DNA of 24,000 nucleotides. Source: Bacillus sp. AFS088145 (lineage in GTDB: Bacteria > Bacillota > Bacilli > Bacillales > Bacillaceae_G). Shown here piece after piece: positions 16,253-24,000 of this stretch; the first letter of the stretch is position 1; every line of letters starts with the position of its first letter. The DNA lies in assembly GCF_002564465.1 (NCBI RefSeq), contig NZ_NUUX01000043.1:31119-55118 (forward strand), given 5' to 3'. Both the position numbers and the translations under genes were made by a program. The notes below the pieces were generated by a model, which did not search any database, was not told the DNA's origin, and saw nothing but the letters and a program-made list of their open reading frames with translations.

Positions 16253-16335
16253 GCGGTCGTGGCGGAATGGCAGACGTGCTAGGTTGAGGGCCTAGTGGAG
16301 GTTTCTCCGTGGAGGTTCAAGTCCTCTCGGCCGCA
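16253..16335 (+). tRNA. tRNA-Leu (anticodon GAG), long variable arm, no encoded CCA
   Basis: Acceptor GCGGTCG/CGGCCGC (one G-U pair), anticodon stem-loop CTAGG-TTGAGGG-CCTAG. The 3' end is followed by TCA. Confidence 0.92.
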
Positions 16336-16356
16336 TCAAATTATATATATAGTAAT

Positions 16357-16388
16357 AAGGCTTCTACGTAATGTAGAGGCCTTTTTTG
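16357..16388 (+). terminator. Rho-independent terminator ending the tRNA cluster
   Basis: GGCTTCTAC (16359-16367) pairs with GTAGAGGCC (16373-16381), then 6 T. Confidence 0.85.
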
Positions 16389-16481
16389 TGTTTAAAAATT
16401 GTCTGACTTTTATAGACTGGTTGGTCAAGGTACTAGACTTCGTAGGATTCAAAAATGAATATTAAAAATTTTTAAAATTTA

Positions 16482-16526
16482 TTGTATTTTATGTTATTCT
16501 TGATTATAATACAAAGCATAACAAAT
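16482..16526 (+). promoter_or_regulatory. Promoter plus candidate operator for frlC-frlA
   Basis: TTGTAT (16482-16487), 17-nt spacer, TATAAT (16505-16510). Inverted arms ATGTTAT (16491-16497) and ATAACAAAT (16518-16526) bracket the -10. The 24-nt block 16503-16526 recurs at 18830-18853 (22/24 identical). Confidence 0.6.
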
Positions 16527-16556
16527 GAAATGACTTTAAGGGAAAGGAGGTAATCA

Positions 16557-17378
16557 ATGAAAATAGCAGGGATGAATATTACATTCAAGCATTACCCTAC
16601 CCTATATTTTTTGGATTGTATGGACCAATTAGGAATTAGTAGCATTGAATTATGGGCTGGTGAACCACACCTCTATGTTTATAGAAACTTGCTTTGCAAT
16701 TTGAGAGAGATAAAGAAAGAAATTAAAGCTAGAAGTATGGAAATAGTCTGCTATACTCCAGAACAATGCATTTATCCTTACAATCTCGCTGCTTCAGATC
16801 CAAATTGGCGGAAAACGAGTATTGATTATTTTATTGAAAATATTCACTCTGCTGTGGAATTAGAGACGGATAAGATGTTAATTACTTCAGGGATAGGAGA
16901 TTTCTCCCTAACAAAAGAGGAATCGTGGAATTATGCAAGTGAATCAATCTATCAAATCACAAAAGCGGCGGAGCACGAGGGTATCACTCTTGCACTAGAA
17001 CCATTAACAAGATTCGAATCTAATTTAATTATTGATACTCGAGGATTAAAGAGAATGATTGAAGAGATAAAGTCCCCTAATCTAAAAGGGATGATTGATA
17101 TCGTTGCAATGAACTTGGCTGGTGAAACACCAGATGATTATTTTTTATTGCTTCCTGAGTTATGTCATTTCCATTTAATAGATGGAGATAGCAAGACAGA
17201 TTCTCATCTTGCTTTAGATGATGGTAATTTACAATGGAGAGAATATGTGAAAAGCTTGCAAAAGCACCAATACGATGGGGCATGCACTCTTGAAATTATG
17301 GGGTCTACTTACTATCAAAATCCACTAGATGCTGTAAAAAAATCCTTAGTGAAACTAAATGAATTAGGAATTGTATAA
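16557..17378 (+). CDS. frlC: Xylose-isomerase-like TIM-barrel sugar epimerase, FrlC-like (fructoselysine 3-epimerase family)
   Basis: 273 aa. CYTPEQCIYPYN, LEPLTRFESN and HFHLIDGDSKTDSH align with motifs I recall from E. coli FrlC. AAAGGAGG RBS. Clusters with frlA/B/D/R-like genes. Confidence 0.75.
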   Translation: MKIAGMNITFKHYPTLYFLDCMDQLGISSIELWAGEPHLYVYRNLLCNLREIKKEIKARSMEIVCYTPEQCIYPYNLAASDPNWRKTSIDYFIENIHSAVELETDKMLITSGIGDFSLTKEESWNYASESIYQITKAAEHEGITLALEPLTRFESNLIIDTRGLKRMIEEIKSPNLKGMIDIVAMNLAGETPDDYFLLLPELCHFHLIDGDSKTDSHLALDDGNLQWREYVKSLQKHQYDGACTLEIMGSTYYQNPLDAVKKSLVKLNELGIV

Positions 17379-18800
<1,422 letters not shown>

Positions 18801-18808
18801 AAAAAGGA

Positions 18809-18854
18809 TTGCATTATTTGTTATATTTAATTATAATACAAGACATAACAAATA
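18809..18854 (+). promoter_or_regulatory. Promoter plus candidate operator for frlB-frlD-frlR
   Basis: TTGCAT (18809-18814), 17-nt spacer, TATAAT (18832-18837). A perfect 10-bp inverted repeat, TATTTGTTAT (18815-18824) and ATAACAAATA (18845-18854), brackets the -10. Confidence 0.65.
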
Positions 18855-18874
18855 TATTTTAGGGGGATCTAACC

Positions 18875-19888
18875 ATGTTAAAATTTGATGAAGCGTTATT
18901 TTTAAAACTTGTAGAAAATGAAGGACTTACGTTTAGAAGTAAAATTGAGGATATCGTCGATTCAATCTGTCAAAAAGGTTACAGCAATCTTTTCCTGATT
19001 GGTGCTGGAGGAACTATTGCAATGATGTATCCTTATAAATATATTTTAGAATCAAACTCAACGATCAATGTACATGCCGAAATCGCAGCCGAGTTTATGG
19101 TCATGAACAATAAGCACTTTTCAAAGGATTCCGTATGTGTTTTCACCTCAGTTTCAGGGACAACGCAAGAAACTGTTGCGGCGGCAGAGTTTTGTAAAGA
19201 AAGAGGGGCTACTACAATTGCATTAGTAGCGGAGCCAAATACGCCATTAACGGAGGTAGTAGATTACTGTATTACAACCGGATCGGAAAAACATTCCTTT
19301 GATACGTTCTTTATGCTGTTGTACATGGTAGTATTTCGCTTCATGTATAATAACAATGAATTTCCGCAATATGAACAGTTCACAAAAGAAGTTTCCTTGT
19401 TGCCACAAGCTATTTTAGCTGCCGTAAAAGACTTTGATAAAAAGGCTGAGGAATTTGCTATTAAACATAAGGATACTGATTATCATATGATGGTAGGCTC
19501 AGGTAACTTATGGGGTAACACTTATTCATACGCAATGTGTATTTTGGAGGAAATGCAATGGATTCATGCAAAATCCATCCATGCAGCGGAGTTTTTTCAT
19601 GGTACGCTTGAGCTAGTAGTTGAAGATACCAGTGTTATTTTACTTAAAGGTGAAGATGAAACAAGACCATTGATGGAACGTGTTGAAAGGTTTGCCGAAA
19701 AAATTACGAATCAATTAACTGTTATTGATACAAAGGACTTTGAATTGCTAGGTATTAGTGAGGAATTTAGAAAACACTTTTCTGTTAGTATTAACTGGGC
19801 AGTTTTAAGTCGAATCAGTGTTTACCTTGAAAGGGAAAGAAACCACTCATTAGACCTAAGAAGATACTACCGCAAAGTAGAATATTAA
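18875..19888 (+). CDS. frlB: Double-SIS-domain protein, FrlB-like (fructoselysine-6-phosphate deglycase family)
   Basis: 337 aa. SIS motifs (FLIGAGGT, VFTSVSGTTQET) and C-terminal RRYYRKVEY resemble the E. coli FrlB C-terminus (RRYYGGLVEY as I recall). Confidence 0.8.
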   Translation: MLKFDEALFLKLVENEGLTFRSKIEDIVDSICQKGYSNLFLIGAGGTIAMMYPYKYILESNSTINVHAEIAAEFMVMNNKHFSKDSVCVFTSVSGTTQETVAAAEFCKERGATTIALVAEPNTPLTEVVDYCITTGSEKHSFDTFFMLLYMVVFRFMYNNNEFPQYEQFTKEVSLLPQAILAAVKDFDKKAEEFAIKHKDTDYHMMVGSGNLWGNTYSYAMCILEEMQWIHAKSIHAAEFFHGTLELVVEDTSVILLKGEDETRPLMERVERFAEKITNQLTVIDTKDFELLGISEEFRKHFSVSINWAVLSRISVYLERERNHSLDLRRYYRKVEY

Positions 19889-19898
19889 AAGATTGAAT

Positions 19899-19927
19899 GG
19901 GCACTACATAGTAGTGCTCGTTTCTTA
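19899..19927 (+). other. Hairpin between frlB and frlD (possible partial terminator or processing site)
   Basis: GGGCACTAC (19899-19907), loop ATA, GTAGTGCTC (19911-19919), then GTTTCTT. The U-tract is weak. Confidence 0.35.
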
Positions 19928-19952
19928 GATTAAAAAGAAGGTTGGCGATTAG

Positions 19953-20735
19953 ATGAGAATTGTTACAGCAGGCGATAACTGTATGGATGTCTATCTTGCA
20001 GACGAGGAAGTGTATCCCGGAGGAAATCCGGTAAATGTTGCTGTCTACTTAAAAGAGTTAGGGGCGGACTCTACTTATATCGGCTGGGTTGGAAGTGATT
20101 CCTTTGGTGAACAAATGATTAAGTCGATTCAAAGTAAGGGTGTCGATACATCGTTTATATCTAAAAAGATAGGAAAAACAGCGGTTACCCATGTTGAATT
20201 GGTTAATAATGACCGCCATTTTGGAGCTTACGATGAAGGAGTAATGGCTCAGTTCACATTATCTGATGAAGAACTGGAGTTTATTCAAACCTCACAACTT
20301 GTCCACGCTGGCATATGGGGACATGTTGAGGAGTATTATCCATTTTTTAAACAAAAAGGGTTGCTTACTGCATTTGATTTTTCAGACCAGTTAGAGCACG
20401 ATTTAGTAAAGACACTACCTAGTTATGTGGACTATTCCTTTTTTTCTTATAAAAAGGATGATGAATTTATCAGAGGATTTTTAAAGGACGTAAAAACACA
20501 AGGTTCCAAGATTGCTGTTGCTACGCTTGGAGAAAATGGATCTTTAGCTTTCGACGGGAAACATTTTTATCAATTTGGAGTATTGGAAGATAATGTTGTA
20601 GATACGATGGGAGCAGGAGATTCTTTCATAGCTGGTTTTCTTTATGGTACTTTACAGGGTCTTTCGATCCAACAGTGTTTGGAATTAGGGACAAAAACGG
20701 CTGCAAAAACAATTGGCTATTTCGGTGCATGGTGA
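19953..20735 (+). CDS. frlD: PfkB-family sugar kinase, FrlD-like (fructoselysine 6-kinase family)
   Basis: 260 aa. GDNCMDVY, GGNPVNVAVY, DTMGAGDSFIAGFL and C-terminal GYFGAW parallel E. coli FrlD (GDNCVDIY...DTMGAGDSFIAGFL...YHGAW as I recall). Confidence 0.85.
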   Translation: MRIVTAGDNCMDVYLADEEVYPGGNPVNVAVYLKELGADSTYIGWVGSDSFGEQMIKSIQSKGVDTSFISKKIGKTAVTHVELVNNDRHFGAYDEGVMAQFTLSDEELEFIQTSQLVHAGIWGHVEEYYPFFKQKGLLTAFDFSDQLEHDLVKTLPSYVDYSFFSYKKDDEFIRGFLKDVKTQGSKIAVATLGENGSLAFDGKHFYQFGVLEDNVVDTMGAGDSFIAGFLYGTLQGLSIQQCLELGTKTAAKTIGYFGAW

Positions 20736-20795
20736 CGTTAACTAGTCGGCAGTGTATAATAATGTTGAAAAACATTGACGGATAGGATGAAAATT

Positions 20796-21524
20796 ATGAA
20801 CCTAAATTCTTCAACCCCACAGCCTCTCTATATGCAGATTAGGCAAATGCTACAGAATGATATTCAACAAGGGAAATATAAACCAGATCAACAGATTCCC
20901 ACAGAAGCTGAGCTTTGTGAAACGTATAATGTTAGTCGAATCACTATTCGAAAGGCCATTGAGGAATTAGTGAAGGATGGTACTTTAACACGCATACCAC
21001 GCAGGGGGACGTTTGTAGCTTCGAATAAGTTTAATAATGAACTGTTATCTGTAAGTGGATTCTCGGAGTTTAGTCACCAACTAGGGATGATTCCAAATTC
21101 CCGAATCCTTAGAAGTGAAGTCATCCCGGCATCAAAGGATGTTGCAGAACATCTTAAAGTTGAAGAAGGAAGTCGCGTACTAGAGCTTGAGCGACTCATG
21201 TATGTGAACGACCGTCCACTTTTTTATGATATTGCACATTACTCACTAATTCGTTTTCCTGATTTGGAAAAGAAAATTGCAATAGATGAATCCACATATA
21301 AAGTTCTGTCAAAGGCCTATAATACAGAAATCCTAAGCAACGATAAAATCATCGACGTAATCGGTGCGACAAAAGTATATGCCAATTACCTTGAATGCGA
21401 TATAGGAGCCAATCTTTTTAAAATCCTAAAAATCGCCTATGATTCAAATGAGGAACCAGTCCACCTTTCGACTTTTATGTGTGAAACAAGTAAAGTAACC
21501 TTAACCGTTCATCGGACAAAATAG
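20796..21524 (+). CDS. frlR: GntR/HutC-family transcriptional regulator, FrlR-like
   Basis: Winged-HTH QIPTEAELCETYNVSRITIRKAI plus a UTRA effector domain, closely parallel to E. coli FrlR motifs. AGGA (20784-20787) is 8 nt before ATG 20796. TTG 20775 and ATG 20787 are alternative starts. Confidence 0.85.
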   Translation: MNLNSSTPQPLYMQIRQMLQNDIQQGKYKPDQQIPTEAELCETYNVSRITIRKAIEELVKDGTLTRIPRRGTFVASNKFNNELLSVSGFSEFSHQLGMIPNSRILRSEVIPASKDVAEHLKVEEGSRVLELERLMYVNDRPLFYDIAHYSLIRFPDLEKKIAIDESTYKVLSKAYNTEILSNDKIIDVIGATKVYANYLECDIGANLFKILKIAYDSNEEPVHLSTFMCETSKVTLTVHRTK

Positions 21525-21560
21525 AGATAATGCTATTTTAAATGGAATACATATTTTTAT

Positions 21561-21600
21561 AAAAAAACTCACTTTTGATTCTATTCAAAAGTGAGTTTTA
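21561..21600. terminator. Bidirectional terminator shared by frlR (+) and the dipeptidase gene (-)
   Basis: CTCACTTTTGA (21568-21578) pairs with TCAAAAGTGAG (21585-21595), flanked by A7 and T4. Confidence 0.85.
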
Positions 21601-21603
21601 GCA

Positions 21604-22422
21604 TTAATAATTTGCAGGATTTACCTGGATAGCTTTAAAGTTTTGATTATTATCTGAGTAATGCCACCATTCTTTAGAATAGCCTACAAAACCTACTTGT
21701 CTCATTGCCTTATCCATAATTTGATAACTCTTTTCCTGTACGCTGTTTCGTTTATAGCTTCGAGATGCTCGTGAAGAAAAATCATCGAATTTAGATTGCA
21801 TTTGTACTTCTTTGCCATCTAAAGTACATAGTGTAATATCCACCGTTGCGCCAAGTTGGTGTCCGCGGATATTTTTAGGATCAGGTTTAGCTACATAATT
21901 CGAATTAGGATATGCGTTCCAAAGTGTTTGTTGTGCAGATAATGGACGATAAGCATCCCATACTTTAATTGTATATCCTTGTTCTTTAAGTATTGCGTTT
22001 GCTTTTGCTAATTTTTTTGCTGTACTTGTCCGAAGTATTGCTTGACTAAAATTATAAATACGTTTGCCAGTAAAGTTATTGTTTGTGTTATATTTCAAGT
22101 CAACAATAATACTTTTATCTAATGATTTAACGTTATTGAACTCCGCCATCACATATTTTCCATTTATAAATCCTGTTGTTTTTTTAAACTTAATTTTATA
22201 CCATCCATTGGAGTGTTTATTAATAACCGTTAAAAGTTGGCCTTTTTTAACTGAACCCATCGACTTATATGATGTACTAGGCCCACTACGGACATTTAAT
22301 TTATTTACAGTTACAGTATAAACTTTATTTGCTGCATAGGTAGAAGTTGGGTTTGTAAAGAAACTTATCGATAGAAATGAAAGAGTTAAAAAAACTACAA
22401 ATAACTTCTTAATAATTCTCAT
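21604..22422 (-). CDS. Secreted SH3b-domain D-alanyl-D-alanine dipeptidase (VanX/DdpX, peptidase M15D family)
   Basis: Signal peptide ending TSTYA/ANK. SH3b signature LNVRSGPSTSY...GWYKI. VanX motifs DLKYNTNNNFTGK, WDAYRP, GHQLGATVDITL (H..D zinc ligands 7 residues apart), FDDF, EWWHY. GAAGGTGA RBS. Confidence 0.85.
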   Translation of the reverse strand: MRIIKKLFVVFLTLSFLSISFFTNPTSTYAANKVYTVTVNKLNVRSGPSTSYKSMGSVKKGQLLTVINKHSNGWYKIKFKKTTGFINGKYVMAEFNNVKSLDKSIIVDLKYNTNNNFTGKRIYNFSQAILRTSTAKKLAKANAILKEQGYTIKVWDAYRPLSAQQTLWNAYPNSNYVAKPDPKNIRGHQLGATVDITLCTLDGKEVQMQSKFDDFSSRASRSYKRNSVQEKSYQIMDKAMRQVGFVGYSKEWWHYSDNNQNFKAIQVNPANY

Positions 22423-22524
22423 ATTTCACCTTCTTTGATATTTTAATAATCTGTTCCCTATAACCATTTTATTCTACAGAAAAGCGCACATCACCTTTCA
22501 TTTTGAAACTAGAAAGATAAAATA

Positions 22525-22552
22525 AAAAACATTACCGTTAAGTAATGTTTTT
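22525..22552 (-). terminator. Rho-independent terminator of cls
   Basis: AAAAACATTAC (22525-22535) pairs with GTAATGTTTTT (22542-22552). On the - strand the hairpin is followed by a T-run. Confidence 0.8.
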
Positions 22553-22554
22553 AT

Positions 22555-24000
22555 TTACAATATTGGAGATAAGAGGCGTGATATTGCTTCTTTTAACTTG
22601 ATTATGACTGATCGCTCTTGATATTTTTCAATCGTAAGTTCACTACTATGATTACTATCAAGTAAAAAAAGATTTTGTAGCTCAGAAGCTTTTTCTTCTG
22701 AATAAGTAATCGCGTTTATTTCAAAGTTTAATTTAAAACTTCGTGTATCAATATTCGTAGTTCCTACTGAAGCTACTTCATGATCAACAACGATTGTTTT
22801 AGCATGTAAAAAACCATTCTCGTAAAGTAATATTTTTGCGCCATACGACAAAAGTTCCCCAGCGTACGATAGAGATGCCCAATACACGAATGGGTGATCA
22901 GGTTTACTTGGAATCATTATTCTTACGTCGATACCGGATAAAATTGCGATTTTGCACGCATCCATAATGCTTGTATCTGGAATAAAATACGGTGTTTGAA
23001 TATAAACACATTTTTTGGCAGACATAATTAACTTAACATACATGTTTTTTAAGTGTTCTGTTTCTGAATTTGGTCCACTTGCAACTATTTGGATAGGGGT
23101 ACTTCCGATATTTTTTTCATTATTAAATGAGAATTCTTCTATATTATGTAGAGGTTGATTAGTAGCTTGTTGCCAGTCTAAAATAAATCTACCTTGAATT
23201 TGGTTAACGGATTCTCCCGTTATACGAAAATGAGTGTCCCTCCAATAACCAAATTTTTGATCAATACCAAGATATTCATTTCCAATATTGAACCCTCCTA
23301 TATAAGCAATTTTCCCATCAATAATACACAGTTTTCTGTGATTCCTATTATTTAATCGAAAATTGATGAGTCTTAAAAATGAAGGGAAGAAAGCTCTTAC
23401 CTCACCACCATGTTTAACAAGTTCTTTGAAAAAAGAAGGGGTAATTCTTTTAGAACCTATGTCATCATACAAGACTCGTACTTTCACACCTTCTTCTGCT
23501 TTTTTTGAAAGTTCATCTCTAAGTTTCTTTCCTAACGAATCACGCTGGATGATATAGTACTGAATATTAATCTCTTTTTGGGCAAGTTGTATGTCTTTGA
23601 AAAGAGAATTAAATTTTTCGTGTCCATCTCGAAAGGTTTGGATCTCATTATCTGTCGTTAATAAAGCGTTAGCCGACTTTAAATTCATCATAATTAAATG
23701 TGAATGCTTTGATAGTAGCTCATCTTGACGAAAACTTTGATCAGTATGAATTTTATTAGCTTGGTCCGTAACCGCCAATTGAAGATAAGTTCTTTCTTTA
23801 GCCGATAGATGGTAGAAATTCTTTTGTTTTAGCTGCCTACCTAAAAATAAATATAGTAAAAATCCCACTATAGGTATAAAAAATAAAATCATTAGCCACG
23901 CCCATGTGGCGACAACATCTCTTTTTTCAATAAATACTAGTACACCTGCTAGAAGTATATTGATGATAAGGAGGATTGTAAGAAAATTATTAATATCCAT
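22555..24000 (-). CDS. cls: Cardiolipin synthase (PLD superfamily, two HKD motifs)
   Basis: 481 aa. Two N-terminal TM helices. HKD motifs HRKLCIIDG and HAKTIVVDH. The ATG is the last 3 nt of the window, so the RBS and true start cannot be verified. Confidence 0.9.
   Translation of the reverse strand: MDINNFLTILLIINILLAGVLVFIEKRDVVATWAWLMILFFIPIVGFLLYLFLGRQLKQKNFYHLSAKERTYLQLAVTDQANKIHTDQSFRQDELLSKHSHLIMMNLKSANALLTTDNEIQTFRDGHEKFNSLFKDIQLAQKEINIQYYIIQRDSLGKKLRDELSKKAEEGVKVRVLYDDIGSKRITPSFFKELVKHGGEVRAFFPSFLRLINFRLNNRNHRKLCIIDGKIAYIGGFNIGNEYLGIDQKFGYWRDTHFRITGESVNQIQGRFILDWQQATNQPLHNIEEFSFNNEKNIGSTPIQIVASGPNSETEHLKNMYVKLIMSAKKCVYIQTPYFIPDTSIMDACKIAILSGIDVRIMIPSKPDHPFVYWASLSYAGELLSYGAKILLYENGFLHAKTIVVDHEVASVGTTNIDTRSFKLNFEINAITYSEEKASELQNLFLLDSNHSSELTIEKYQERSVIIKLKEAISRLLSPIL

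Overview
Low-GC Firmicute (Bacillaceae-type) chromosomal window with no transposase, integrase, CRISPR array or recognisable defence genes. The region 1-16.4 kb is a housekeeping block on the + strand. From my memory of Bacillus subtilis, it is collinear with ddl-murF-cshA ... acpS-ydcC-alr-ndoAI-ndoA ... ydcI(tex)-cmpA-ydcK-trnS. It contains an msrB 3' end, a small membrane protein, an MFS transporter, ddl, murF, cshA (RG-rich tail), uvsE, acpS, a lipoprotein, alr, mazE/mazF, tex, a 38-codon cmpA-like ORF on the - strand that overlaps the tex 3' end, and sprT-like ydcK. There are two differences from B. subtilis: uvsE sits between cshA and acpS, and no rsb-sigB module lies between mazF and tex. 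An eight-gene tRNA cluster follows (Asn, Ser, Glu, Val, Asp | Gln | Lys, Leu). It is split by an intrinsic terminator and by three tandem ~123-bp structured repeat units, with a degenerate fourth arm after tRNA-Gln. These repeats are the least explained sequence in the window. Downstream of tRNA-Leu lies an accessory-looking five-gene Amadori-compound (fructoselysine) cluster with the E. coli-type gene content: frlC-frlA and frlB-frlD-frlR. Each half is preceded by a near-identical promoter/operator module. The window ends with two - strand genes: a secreted SH3b-VanX-type D-Ala-D-Ala dipeptidase and a cardiolipin synthase whose start codon is at the window edge. I do not see a convincing novel multi-gene system. 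The findings are local oddities ranked honestly.
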